Assembly: GCA_963745025.1 (NCBI GenBank)
Contig: CAVUWD010000002.1
Location: 96,001-160,000 of the forward strand
Direction: 5' to 3'
Source of the DNA: an uncultured delta proteobacterium
Lineage (GTDB): Bacteria; Desulfobacterota; Binatia; JACPRU01
Length of the DNA stretch: 64,000 nucleotides
This document shows, one piece after another, positions 1 to 9,785 of this stretch. The notes beneath the pieces are model-generated. The model ran no database searches. It was not told the DNA's origin and worked only from the letters and a program-made list of their open reading frames with translations. The position numbers and the translations under genes were made by a program. Numbering within the stretch: the first letter of the stretch is position 1; each line of letters begins with the position of its first letter.

Positions 1-2328
1 GTCGAGGTCCCTTACGTGGTGAGCGACGCCGCGGCGCCCGCGTACCGCGAGAGCCGCGGCGTTCTCCGCCTGCTCGGCGAGAACGGCGACGTCGTCGGCT
101 CGACCGAGATCGCGCTCGGTCAGTGGACGCGGCCGGTCGACCTCCGTCTCGGCGCTCTCTACTTGCGGCCGGAGCAGAAAGAGCTCGTGCGCATGAACCT
201 CGGACTGTCGCACGCCACGCTCGCGAAGCTTCGCTCGCTCCGCCTGGAGATCGTTCGCCGAGGGACGGGCGAGACGGCCGCGACCCAGGAGATCCCCGCG
301 ACTCCGGCAGCGCTCGAAGCGCAGCTCGAGCGGGTCCCCGCGGGTCTCCGCGGCGACTTCGCCAACCTGCTGCTCGCCGACCTCGAGGTGTCGCGTCTGC
401 CGATCGAGCCGTTCGTCGGACCGGAGCGGCGCTGGTTCGTGCGCGCGACGGCGATCGGCTTGGATGGGAAGGCCGTTGCCACCGTCGATTCGGCGCCCTT
501 CTGCCGCCAGGCGCATGACGAAGCGCAGGAGCCGGTGCGCACGGTCGAGGTGCGGAAGAACCTTCTCTACGTGAACCGGCGCCCGTGGATCCCTTGGGGG
601 GCGATCTACGGCTTTGTTCCCGCGTACGACGGGCCGGCCGACCCGGGCCCGGGCGGTTACCGCGACCTCCACAACCTCCCGGAGTGGTCGATCTACGACG
701 GCTTCACGAGCAAGCCGTACAACCGGCGGGACAATGATTTCGATGCGCTTCGCGACGTTCCCGCGACGGTCGCGAACGCGAAGAGCCGTGAAGAGATCGA
801 GCGACACTGGAAGGACGACGGGCTCTACGCGGCGACCTATTTCGTGGCGCCGGGTCCCGTCTTTTCGTGGGACGATCTCGCCGCCAAGGCCGGAAGCGCC
901 GACCGGCTGCAGGACGTGCTGCGCTTCGCAGCCGACGCGCCGATGATCGTGTCGACGAGCCCCGGCTTCGAAGAGTCGTTCGGCGCGTTTCACGCGGCCA
1001 CGCCCGAGGAGCTCCGCTCGCTTGCCGAGCTGGTGCGATCTCTCCGCGCCAAGACCGGCAAGCCGGTGATGGTCGGCCACGGCGGCGCGTGGAACCGCTT
1101 CGAATTCGAGAAGGTCCCGTTCTTCGACATCTTCGACCCCGAGACCGAGCCGCTCTTCCCGGCCAACCTACACACCGATCTCTGGCCGCTCGTCGCCGGG
1201 CGCGACCAGGTGATCTGGCTCCGACCCCAGCTCTACGAGTCGGTTCCCTACGAGCGCTGGCGCTTCCACACCTACGTCGAGCTCATGCGCGGCGCGCGCG
1301 GCTGGCAAATGGCGCACGGCCCCGCGGACGCCACGACCTTTCGCGGTCTGCACGGCGAGCTCGCGTCGCTAACGCCCGCCATCTACTCGTCCGACCCGGG
1401 GCCGGAAGTCGCGATCGAGCCCGAGATCGAGCACTGGTCGCGCCGCGCGGGCGGCAAGACGTACGTCATCGCGGCGACGACGCACGCGCTCGCTTTCGGT
1501 CGCTGGCGCTGGAGCGACGATGCGAGATCGCCCGCCGGCCGCGCGCGCGTCAGCGAGCCGTCGCTGCCGCTGCCGAGGAGCGACAACGAGCTCGATCGCA
1601 TCGCGGAGAAGCTGCAGCCGGACTGGATCGTGCACGGCATCGATTCCTTCCCGGATGCGCGCCCGTGGAAGCCGGGAACGAGGCTCGTGCAGTGGGTGCG
1701 GATCGATCCCAGCGATCCGACGCGCGGTCTGGCGCTGGTGGCGCGAACAGACGGGCGCTGGAGCGCGATGGCTTCGTGGGGCGACGCCGAGGTCGAGGTC
1801 ATCCCGAAGGAGCTGCCGCTCGTCTATTGGTTTCTTCGCCGCTTCTATCGCAACGCCGTCGGCTTCATCGGTTACCGGGGCGAGGGCGCGGCGCAAAGCT
1901 TCGCGCATGCGCCCGACACGATACATGCCGAAGGGGCGCTGCCGCCCGCCGGCATCTGGGTCAAGCTGGAGGCGCCGCTCGCCGATCTCGGGGCCGTCGG
2001 CAAGACGCTCGACGGGATCGGCTTCCTCCAGCGCAGCGGCCGTGTATTCTGGGGCCGAACCTCGCTCGTCACGCCGGACGGGTCGGAGACCGTGCTGTGG
2101 GGCGATGCGCTCGGCCGACCCCCGGCCGAGCTCGCGCGCACGCGGGTGAAGGTGGCCGGGCTCCAGCGGGGCGCTTCGGTGCGGGTGCTCTTCGAGGATC
2201 GGCAGATCCGCGCGGAGGAAGGTTACTTCGAAGACGAATTTCGCGGACAGGATCTCTACCAGAGATACGGCGGCGCCGACGGATACGGCGACGCGCCGGT
2301 GGCGTTGCACATCTACGAGGTGCCGTGA
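1..2328 (+). CDS. Large hypothetical protein, 5'-partial (over 770 aa)
   Basis: Frame is open from position 1 to TGA at 2326-2328 with natural, Trp/Tyr-rich protein-like composition. No motif I can name with certainty. Confidence 0.75.
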   Translation, partial: VEVPYVVSDAAAPAYRESRGVLRLLGENGDVVGSTEIALGQWTRPVDLRLGALYLRPEQKELVRMNLGLSHATLAKLRSLRLEIVRRGTGETAATQEIPATPAALEAQLERVPAGLRGDFANLLLADLEVSRLPIEPFVGPERRWFVRATAIGLDGKAVATVDSAPFCRQAHDEAQEPVRTVEVRKNLLYVNRRPWIPWGAIYGFVPAYDGPADPGPGGYRDLHNLPEWSIYDGFTSKPYNRRDNDFDALRDVPATVANAKSREEIERHWKDDGLYAATYFVAPGPVFSWDDLAAKAGSADRLQDVLRFAADAPMIVSTSPGFEESFGAFHAATPEELRSLAELVRSLRAKTGKPVMVGHGGAWNRFEFEKVPFFDIFDPETEPLFPANLHTDLWPLVAGRDQVIWLRPQLYESVPYERWRFHTYVELMRGARGWQMAHGPADATTFRGLHGELASLTPAIYSSDPGPEVAIEPEIEHWSRRAGGKTYVIAATTHALAFGRWRWSDDARSPAGRARVSEPSLPLPRSDNELDRIAEKLQPDWIVHGIDSFPDARPWKPGTRLVQWVRIDPSDPTRGLALVARTDGRWSAMASWGDAEVEVIPKELPLVYWFLRRFYRNAVGFIGYRGEGAAQSFAHAPDTIHAEGALPPAGIWVKLEAPLADLGAVGKTLDGIGFLQRSGRVFWGRTSLVTPDGSETVLWGDALGRPPAELARTRVKVAGLQRGASVRVLFEDRQIRAEEGYFEDEFRGQDLYQRYGGADGYGDAPVALHIYEVP

Positions 2329-2339
2329 AGCGTTGCGGC

Positions 2340-2506
2340 TAGGAGCCAGTCCGAGTAATCGCTCCCGTCGCCGATGAGCCGATCGCCGGCGCCTCGCGCC
2401 CGCAAAAATCCTCGGAATACCGCGAGAGTATTCGTCGGATTTTTGCAGACGCGATGCTTGGCGCTCGGCTCATCGGCTCGGTCCGGATTACTCGGACGGG
2501 CTCCTA
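2340..2506. mobile_element. 167-bp nested inverted-repeat element (MITE/REP-like)
   Basis: Arms: 2340-2360 vs 2486-2506 (20/21 complementary), 2370-2382 vs 2465-2477 (13/13), 2402-2411 vs 2437-2446 (10/10), 2415-2420 vs 2428-2433. TA at both ends. Lies between convergent genes. Confidence 0.65.
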
Positions 2507-3043
2507 CGGCGGCAGCTTTTCTTGCAGGTACTCGCGGATCGCCCGCAGCAGGTCGGGTGGAGCATCGTGCGCCGTCGCGAGCATCTCCTCGATCTGCCGG
2601 CCGCGTGCGAGCACGAACGCCACCGAGTGGTGGGTCGCCCGCGCGATATCCGCCGTCGCCGCCTTGCCGACCATCATTCGCGCGATCGTCGCATCGCTCG
2701 GGAGTAGATGACGGTCGAGGAATTCGAGCCCCGCGCTCGGCGGCGAGGCGGTGGCAGACTGAGAGGGGCTCGGGGTCGCTGCCCTCGGCGGCGGCGCTGG
2801 CGTCTCGGATGGGGGCGCCGCCTGAGAAGCAGCGGGAGGAGGGTTCCTCCGCTCGACCGCTGCGACCTGCCGCGCGAGCGTATCGAGCTCCGCGAGCAAA
2901 TTATCCTTCGTCGCGAGCTGGTCCCGCTCGACGGCATTCATGCGTGCGGTGAGTGGCGCAAACTGCCAGGCGAGGTAGCCGGTGATTGCGGCCAGGACCA
3001 GGACGAGCCATTCGGCTATGGGGGTGGGTTGTCTAGCCGGCAT
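2504..3043 (-). CDS. Membrane-anchored hypothetical protein (TM, coiled coil, Pro/Ala linker, possible C-terminal HTH)
   Basis: 179-aa ORF with hydrophobic N-terminus WLVLVLAAITGYLAW, heptad-like segment, PPPAASQAAPP linker and ADIARATHHSVAFV. Confidence 0.6.
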   Translation of the reverse strand: MPARQPTPIAEWLVLVLAAITGYLAWQFAPLTARMNAVERDQLATKDNLLAELDTLARQVAAVERRNPPPAASQAAPPSETPAPPPRAATPSPSQSATASPPSAGLEFLDRHLLPSDATIARMMVGKAATADIARATHHSVAFVLARGRQIEEMLATAHDAPPDLLRAIREYLQEKLPP

Positions 3044-3162
3044 CGGCGCGGGAGCCTAATCGATCGCGACGGGCGAGCACAATCGGCGCACGTAGACGCC
3101 GAGCCCGGCTCCGACCCCGAGTAACGTGAATCCCGCAGCCGAGGCGGCGCGCGGCCGCGACG

Positions 3163-5139
3163 TCAGTCTTTGAATTGTGCTTCGCGGCTCTTCAGCAGCG
3201 GGCCCAATTCGGGCGACTCGATGACCCTCCGCCGTAGGCCGCGGAACGCCGCCGCCAAGAGCTCGCGCTTTCCGCTCTGCGGATCACGGTAGCCGACGAG
3301 ATCCGCGGGCCAGGTGTTCGGATCTGCGTAGACCGCCTGCTCGACCACTGCCAGCGCCTCTTCACGCCGCCCGACCTGCAGGAGCATGCGTGCGAACTCG
3401 GTACGCAGCCACCCGAATGCGGGCGCGCAGCGGACGGCGCGGCGATGCTCGAGCTCCAGCATGGCCGCGCTGTGGCAGGAGAACGCGAGCGTCCGATGCG
3501 CCGTCGACACGATGGGCGCGGCCTCGACCGCGGCTAGCGCGAGGCGGAAGTCCGGCTGTCCCCCGAACGCGGCGCGCCACGCCGCTCGCTCGAGCACTCC
3601 CCAGTCGTGCGAATCGCCGGGTCGGATCGCCGTGGCAGCTTCGAGCATCCGCGCATCGCGCCATTCGAGCGTGCCGAGACGCATGAGCAGGGCGAGCCCG
3701 GCGACACCTGCCACGGCCGCGAGGACTCGCCGCGAGACGCTCGCCTCGGCGGCTTCGCCGGCTGCGGCATCGCGCCCGGAGGTCTCTCTCCAGAGAAGAC
3801 CGAGGATCGCCGCGAAGAGGAGCGCGTTCGCCGGAATGCGCAGGCCGAAGTCGACCGTTGAATGGAACGCGGCGGCGGCAAGGGCGGCGAAGAGCGCCGC
3901 GCGCCTCTTCGCCGCCTCCATGGGCAGCGGACGAAGGACGCTTGCGAAATAGAGGGCGGCGAATGCGCCGAGCAACCCGAGACCCACCACTCCGGTCTCC
4001 TCGGCCCATTGCACGTACTCGTCGTGTGCGTGGCTGAAGCCGACCGCCAGGAGCGGGTAGCGCTGGTACATGGGAAAGACCTCGGCCCACGTCCCGAGGC
4101 CGGATCCGAACCAGGGGAAATCGCGCAGCACGCCGAAGCTCTGCCGGATGGCGACCAGCCGGATGAGCACGCTCGCATCGCCGCGGTCGAGCGCGATGAG
4201 CTCCGTCCCGGCAGCCGGGCGATGGACCATGTCGGAAGCGATCCACGACGCGCCCGCGGCGAGGACGACGGCCGTGAGCATCACCGCGGCGGCCCGCGCC
4301 CCGCTGGCGCCCCGGCCACGCCCCGGCCAGGCGAGGCTCATGGCCAGAGGGGCTGCCGCCGCGGATGCCATTCCCCCTCGGGATCTCGAGCCGACGAGGG
4401 TGGCCACCATGAGCGCGAGGAGCGCCACGCCCGCGAGGCGGATCACGACCGGACTGCGCTCGGCGCCGGGTGTGGCGAACGCCGACGGCGAGATCGCGAC
4501 GCCGAGCGCGAGCGGCCAAACGAGGTTGATCGCCATCGCGAGGTGGTTGCAGTTGACGAACGGCCACGAGAGCCGTCCGCTCGCCGCAGTCGTCTGCTCG
4601 GCAGGAAACTGCCCGAAGAGGCTTGCGTCCCAGCCGCGCGACAGGTGCAGCCATGCTGCGGCTGCGGTCAGCGCTCCGGCAGCGAGCAGCGCCCAGTGGA
4701 AGAGGCGGCCCCGCCGGGGCAACGTCGCCGTCGCGACGATCACGAAGGCGCTCGCGTAGGCGCCGAGGCGAAGGAGCGCGAGCAACGAAGCGTGAGGGTC
4801 GAGCGACAACGGGAGCCAGCGCTGCGTGTAGCCGAGGAGGTCGCGGTAGAGCGTCGCGCGCGTCGGACTCAACACTCCGAGGACTGCGGCCGGTAGCGGC
4901 ACGAGCTGAAAGCAGAGATAGGCGGCGAGCGCGCCGGCGGCCAGCGCCAAGGTCGAAAGCCTCGTGACGACAGACGCGCCACCTTCACAGACCATGAGCA
5001 TGCCGACGAGGACGAACAGCGCCACCTCGAGCGCTGAGACCGTCCAGGCATGCGTGGAGGCGAAGGGAAGGGGCGCGAGCACGAGGATTGCCGCGGTGAG
5101 GAGCGACGGCGTCGCGCGCGGAATCGACATACCCTTCAC
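3163..5139 (-). CDS. O-antigen ligase (Wzy_C) family membrane protein with C-terminal TPR-like region
   Basis: Multiple TM segments plus FVNCNHLA, SRSRGG, PWFGSGLGTW and HAHDEYVQ motifs. Confidence 0.85.
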   Translation of the reverse strand: MKGMSIPRATPSLLTAAILVLAPLPFASTHAWTVSALEVALFVLVGMLMVCEGGASVVTRLSTLALAAGALAAYLCFQLVPLPAAVLGVLSPTRATLYRDLLGYTQRWLPLSLDPHASLLALLRLGAYASAFVIVATATLPRRGRLFHWALLAAGALTAAAAWLHLSRGWDASLFGQFPAEQTTAASGRLSWPFVNCNHLAMAINLVWPLALGVAISPSAFATPGAERSPVVIRLAGVALLALMVATLVGSRSRGGMASAAAAPLAMSLAWPGRGRGASGARAAAVMLTAVVLAAGASWIASDMVHRPAAGTELIALDRGDASVLIRLVAIRQSFGVLRDFPWFGSGLGTWAEVFPMYQRYPLLAVGFSHAHDEYVQWAEETGVVGLGLLGAFAALYFASVLRPLPMEAAKRRAALFAALAAAAFHSTVDFGLRIPANALLFAAILGLLWRETSGRDAAAGEAAEASVSRRVLAAVAGVAGLALLMRLGTLEWRDARMLEAATAIRPGDSHDWGVLERAAWRAAFGGQPDFRLALAAVEAAPIVSTAHRTLAFSCHSAAMLELEHRRAVRCAPAFGWLRTEFARMLLQVGRREEALAVVEQAVYADPNTWPADLVGYRDPQSGKRELLAAAFRGLRRRVIESPELGPLLKSREAQFKD

Positions 5140-5179
5140 GGCTCACTACTCGGCGCACCGCCGCCGAACACCATATCTT

Positions 5180-6187
5180 CTAAGATGATGCGGCGGCGAT
5201 GTCATCGCGCACCGCGGCGGCGATCTCGAAGGACCGCAGGCGCGCTGCATGGTCGTAGATCGAGGCGGTGATCATGAGCTCGTCGGCCTGGGTCTCCGCG
5301 ATGACCTCCTCGAGGCGGCGTCGGACGGTCGCCGGTGAGCCTTTGACCGCATGCGTGAACGACTGATCGATCATCGCCTTTGCCATCGGCGGTAGACTCT
5401 CCTCGAGGTCGTCGATCGGCGGCCCGAGCAGCCCCGTGTCGCCCGTCGTCCGCAGGCGGAGGAACATCTGCACGAGCGAGCTGAACAGGCGCCGGCCTTC
5501 GGCGTCGGTATCGGCGGCGAAGACGTTGACGCCGATCATCGCATACGGCCGCTCGATCGCGCCGGACGGACGGAAGTTCTTCCGATACGTCTCGAGCGCG
5601 GGCAGCAGCATCTGCGGCGCGAAGTGCGAGGCGAACGCGAACGGCAGTCCGAACGCGGCCGCGACCTGCGCGCTGTAGAGGCTCGAGCCGAGAAGCCACA
5701 CGGGGACGCTGAGCCCGGCGCCGGGAACGGCGCGAACCGGCTGACCCGGCTCGGCGGGCGCGAAGTAGTTGATGAGCTCGACGACGTCTTGTGGAAACGA
5801 GTCCTCGCTGCCCTCGAGGTTTCGCCGCAGCGCGCGTATGGTTGCGGGGCCCGTTCCCGGCGCTCGTCCGAGGCCGAGGTCGATGCGGCCGGGGTAGAGC
5901 GATTCGAGCGTGCCGAACTGCTCGGCGATCACCAGCGGCGAGTGGTTCGGCAGCATGATGCCGCCGGCGCCGACGCGGATCGTCGAGGTGCCGCCGGCCA
6001 CGTGACCGATGAGCACCGCGGTCGCGGAGCTGCCGATGCCGCTCATGCTGTGGTGCTCTGCGAGCCAGTAGCGGCGATAGCCCCAACGCTCGGCGTGCTG
6101 CGCGAGGTCGAGCGAGTTCCGGAACGAGTGCGCAGCGTCGCTGCCTGCGAGGATCGGAGAGAGGTCGAGTATCGAGAAGGGGATCAT
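5180..6187 (-). CDS. LLM-class flavin-dependent oxidoreductase (luciferase-like, YhbW type)
   Basis: [11 protein letters not shown] start, [42 protein letters not shown]. Confidence 0.93.
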   Translation of the reverse strand: MIPFSILDLSPILAGSDAAHSFRNSLDLAQHAERWGYRRYWLAEHHSMSGIGSSATAVLIGHVAGGTSTIRVGAGGIMLPNHSPLVIAEQFGTLESLYPGRIDLGLGRAPGTGPATIRALRRNLEGSEDSFPQDVVELINYFAPAEPGQPVRAVPGAGLSVPVWLLGSSLYSAQVAAAFGLPFAFASHFAPQMLLPALETYRKNFRPSGAIERPYAMIGVNVFAADTDAEGRRLFSSLVQMFLRLRTTGDTGLLGPPIDDLEESLPPMAKAMIDQSFTHAVKGSPATVRRRLEEVIAETQADELMITASIYDHAARLRSFEIAAAVRDDIAAASS

Positions 6188-6314
6188 GGCGGGGTGGGAC
6201 GGCACCCGATTGATGGCGCCGCCGGTGACCAAAGTCGATAGGGGGTTCCGTATGTCGCTCGAAGGGCAGCGGAAATATCGGGAAGCCGCGGATGCCTATG
6301 CGGCGCACTGAGGC

Positions 6315-6369
6315 CAGGAACCTCGCAGGAGCCTCGCGGGAATCTCGCAGGAAGCTCGCAGGAAGCTCG
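6315..6369. repeat. Five tandem 11-bp repeats, consensus CAGGAANCTCG
   Basis: caggaacctcg caggagcctcg cgggaatctcg caggaagctcg caggaagctcg. Confidence 0.85.
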
Positions 6370-6410
6370 GTTGATCGTCCCGAGCGTCGCGAGGCGGAGG
6401 CGCGGGCACG

Positions 6411-6448
6411 AAAAAAAACCTGCGCGCCATTACGTATGCGCGCAGGTT
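6411..6448 (-). terminator. Rho-independent terminator downstream of the 122-aa gene
   Basis: Minus-strand stem CCTGCGCGC...GCGCGCAGG followed by T8 (A8 at 6411-6418 on +). Confidence 0.85.
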
Positions 6449-6471
6449 GGCAGACGGCGGAGCTTCAGCGC

Positions 6472-6840
6472 TCAGTGATTCTCGAATATCTTGCCTGTCC
6501 ACGACCGTGTGGCCAGGTCGATCTCACCTTCGGAGAACACAGTGCGGCCATCAGAGACGTGAACAAGCCCTTGCGTGCGCCAGTGGTGTTTGCCGCTACT
6601 CTCATAGGTGCCAGAACCGGTACCCGAGAGTTCCTCGCCGTTGTCCAGGTGTGCGGTCGCACAATAACTGAACGTCCCGCTTTTGCCGCCCACGAACGTT
6701 CCCGTGGCGAGAACCGTCCCGAAGCCAGTCGCGGTTCCTTCGCAATTGCCTTGCGTGACAATACTGCCGGCTGGTCCGGGAGTGAGCGTGAGCGAAGTGA
6801 ACTTTTGCGAAAATTCCCCTATCTGCTTTCCTTTCGCCAT
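6472..6840 (-). CDS. Small Gly/Thr-rich, probably all-beta hypothetical protein (122 aa)
   Basis: Strong SD (AAGGAG) upstream of ATG 6840, its own terminator and a natural sequence. Confidence 0.8.
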   Translation of the reverse strand: MAKGKQIGEFSQKFTSLTLTPGPAGSIVTQGNCEGTATGFGTVLATGTFVGGKSGTFSYCATAHLDNGEELSGTGSGTYESSGKHHWRTQGLVHVSDGRTVFSEGEIDLATRSWTGKIFENH

Positions 6841-7023
6841 CCAATATCTCCTTACGAAAAAATGTTAGTTGGGCCTTTCGACCCGCGCTAGAAAGAGTAG
6901 CAAACGAACCGTATCACGTGACACAGTCTGCCAAGGCGGTCAACCAATTATTCGGCTCAGAATAAACGGCTGGACGACCTCTTGCGCGTGCGGCCGCAAG
7001 CCGCCCCGGCGTAGCCTGGGTCC

Positions 7024-8739
7024 ATGAGCGCGGCTCCTCCGGTGGTATCGCGGCCTTCCGCCGCAGTCGGGGCGCAGGCCCCGGTCGAGATCACGTGCCG
7101 GCGCCTCGGCTCGCCCCGCGCCGTCGAAGCCTGGAGCGCCGCCACGATGCTCGCGCTGCAGCTCGCGCTGCGCATCGCCTACGACCTGCGCCTGCGCGTC
7201 GACACCGACGAGCCCCAGCACCTGCACGTCGCCTGGGCGTGGACGCAGGGGCTCGTGCCCTACCGCGACGTCTTCGACAACCACGCCCCGCTGTTCCATC
7301 TCGTGATGGCACCGCTGGTCGCGGCGCTCGGCGAGCGCGCGGACCTGCTGATCGCGATGCGCCTGGCGATACTGCCGCTCACCGCGGCCCTGCTGTGGTC
7401 CGTCCGCCGCATCGGCCGCACGCTCTTCTGCGATCGGGTTGGCGTGTGGGCGGCGGTGCTCGTCGGAGTGATGCCGACCTTTCTACTGACCTCGCTCCAG
7501 TTCAGGGCCGACGACCTGTGGGCGGCGTTGTGGCTGGCGGCGCTCGCGACGGCCCTCGGCGGCCCGTTCACCGCGGGCCGTGCGCTGGCCACTGGAGCGC
7601 TGATCGGCGCGACGTTCGCAGCTTCGATGAAGACCTGCATGCTTTTCGCGACCCTGCTCGCCGCCGTCGCCGCGTCGATCGCGATGGATCGCGGACGCAC
7701 GATCGAGCTTCGCGATCGGCGGACCTGGACCTCGGCCGGCGCGTGCATCGCGGGCATGGCGATGGTTGCGACGGCCGTCATCGGTCTCTTCGCGTGGCTC
7801 GGCGCGCTGTCCGAGTTCGGCAATCTCGTGATCGTCCACAACTTCGCCGGGAGAGGGCGATGGGACAACCGCGTAGCGCGTGTGGCGATGTTCGTCGTGA
7901 CGTTCCCCGCGATCATCGGGCTCGGAGCGGCCGTCCTGCGGCACTCTTCGACGCGCGCGTTCGCGCGATGTGTGGTGCTGCTCGGCAGCCTGCTCTACGT
8001 CATTACGCTGACCGGACTCTGGCCGATCGTCACCCCCCAAGACTGTCTGCCCTTCTACCCCGTGCTCGCCGTGTTCGTGGTCGCGGCGCTGCTCGAATTC
8101 ATGCCGGCGCCTAGCCGCAAGACGGCCGCGCTGCTGTCGTCGATCGCGGTCGTGCAGATCCTGCTCACCCTCTGGGTGGCGCCGCTGAGCTGGGACGGGA
8201 CGCGCTTCTACGTGGGTCTCGTCGGCGACGTCTTGCGTCTCACCCCCAAGACGGCTCCCGTCATGGACCTGAAGGGCGAGACGCTGTTCCGCCTCCGCCC
8301 GTTCTTCTACGCGCTCGAGGATCTCACCTTGGAGCGACTGCGGAACGGAGAGATCCGCGACGACATCGCCGAGCGTCTTGTCGCCACGCGCACCTATGTG
8401 AGCGTCGTCGATAGCCCGAGATTTCCGCCCCGGGCCCGCGCCTTCCTGCTCGATAACTACGTGCCGGTCGGCCATTTACGGGTGGCGGGCAAGCTCTTCG
8501 GAGTCGACCCCGCCGGCTACGGCACGTTCACGATCGCCGTTGCTGGCCGCTACGCGGTGCTCTCGCCCGACGGCCCGGCCGCCGGCGTGCTCGACGGCCG
8601 TCCTCTGGAGGGAGCGCGGGTGCTCGAAGCGGGTCCGCATGCCTTTCGGCCGTCCTCGCCCGCGACGATCCTTGCGGTGGTCTGGGCTGACGCGGTCGAG
8701 CGAGGCTTCTCGCCGTTCCACCCCGGAGACGTGGAGTGA
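7024..8739 (+). CDS. GT-C (ArnT/PMT-like) integral membrane glycosyltransferase
   Basis: DTDEPQHLH and PYRDVFDNHAPL motifs after the first TM helix, followed by many TM segments. Confidence 0.8.
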   Translation: MSAAPPVVSRPSAAVGAQAPVEITCRRLGSPRAVEAWSAATMLALQLALRIAYDLRLRVDTDEPQHLHVAWAWTQGLVPYRDVFDNHAPLFHLVMAPLVAALGERADLLIAMRLAILPLTAALLWSVRRIGRTLFCDRVGVWAAVLVGVMPTFLLTSLQFRADDLWAALWLAALATALGGPFTAGRALATGALIGATFAASMKTCMLFATLLAAVAASIAMDRGRTIELRDRRTWTSAGACIAGMAMVATAVIGLFAWLGALSEFGNLVIVHNFAGRGRWDNRVARVAMFVVTFPAIIGLGAAVLRHSSTRAFARCVVLLGSLLYVITLTGLWPIVTPQDCLPFYPVLAVFVVAALLEFMPAPSRKTAALLSSIAVVQILLTLWVAPLSWDGTRFYVGLVGDVLRLTPKTAPVMDLKGETLFRLRPFFYALEDLTLERLRNGEIRDDIAERLVATRTYVSVVDSPRFPPRARAFLLDNYVPVGHLRVAGKLFGVDPAGYGTFTIAVAGRYAVLSPDGPAAGVLDGRPLEGARVLEAGPHAFRPSSPATILAVVWADAVERGFSPFHPGDVE

Positions 8740-8815
8740 GTATGCGGCTGCCAGTCTCCATCATTTCGGAAGCGCGCCGATATTCGCCCCCGGTGCCAGC
8801 TCAGCCGGACCCCGT

Positions 8816-9532
8816 TCAGTCCGAGGTGCCTTGAGTTCTAGAGGACGGCTTTCTGAACCGAAGAATCTCTCCCAAAATCCTCAACCCGTGGTGCCAGCGG
8901 AATTTCTTTCCCTGCCGGAAAGAGCGAGCCCGATAGGGAATCGGTACCTCCTGAATGGGGATCTTCAATCGGCTGGTTCTGGCGTTCAGTTCCACGCAGA
9001 GCTCGAAGCCCTCCGACTCCAGCGTGAGTTGTCGGAGGACGTCTCGATGAAAAACCTTGTGACCGGTCGCGGCGTCCGAGAGGTGAGTGCCGTACAGCCG
9101 ATTCTGTAGCCAGGTTCCAAATCGGTTGGCCATGAAGTTAGCCGGCCGCATGCCGGCCGGATACCAGCGGGATTTGAAGCGGGAGCCGTAGACGACCCGA
9201 GCTTCTCCGCGAACGATGGGGGCGAGCAGATTCGGATAATTCGAGGGAGGGTATTCCAGGTCCGCGTCTTGGATGAGGATCACGTCTCCAGTGGCATGGG
9301 AGAGGCCCGTTCGCACGGCGCGACCCTTCCCTCGATTGACCGGGTGGCGAATGAGCCGGACGCCCGGAAATCCGCCTGCTACTTCAGAGGTCCGATCGGT
9401 TGAACCATCGTCTACGACGATCACCTCCCGTTCCATTCCGAGAGATCTCCAGTCCAGGTGATCGATCTGGGCGAGAACGTCCCCCACGGTTTTTTCTTCG
9501 TTATAGGCAGGGATAATGATTGAAAGCCGCAT
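8816..9532 (-). CDS. Glycosyltransferase family 2 (polyprenol-phosphate glycosyltransferase-like)
   Basis: LSIIIPAYNEE, VVDDGSTD, NRGKGRA, IQDADLEY, VYGSRF. Confidence 0.93.
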   Translation of the reverse strand: MRLSIIIPAYNEEKTVGDVLAQIDHLDWRSLGMEREVIVVDDGSTDRTSEVAGGFPGVRLIRHPVNRGKGRAVRTGLSHATGDVILIQDADLEYPPSNYPNLLAPIVRGEARVVYGSRFKSRWYPAGMRPANFMANRFGTWLQNRLYGTHLSDAATGHKVFHRDVLRQLTLESEGFELCVELNARTSRLKIPIQEVPIPYRARSFRQGKKFRWHHGLRILGEILRFRKPSSRTQGTSD

Positions 9533-9785
9533 GGTGGAGTCATTACGGCGAGAACGATGCAGACGCGTCTTCAAGTGGGGTACAGGCGGGCTCATCCGGC
9601 GGGCGGCGGCGAGCGGTGTGCCGCTGAAAATTGGTTTTCTCGCCCACGGCGATCACAATGAGTTGGCATTGCTCTTTATAAGAAGAGACCGCTGACCGCT
9701 AGATTGAGCGCTTCCGTATGTAGAGCGCATCGTACACGGTCGCATTGCTAGCGGACTTCGCCTGGCGAGCCTTTCGAGCGGTTGC

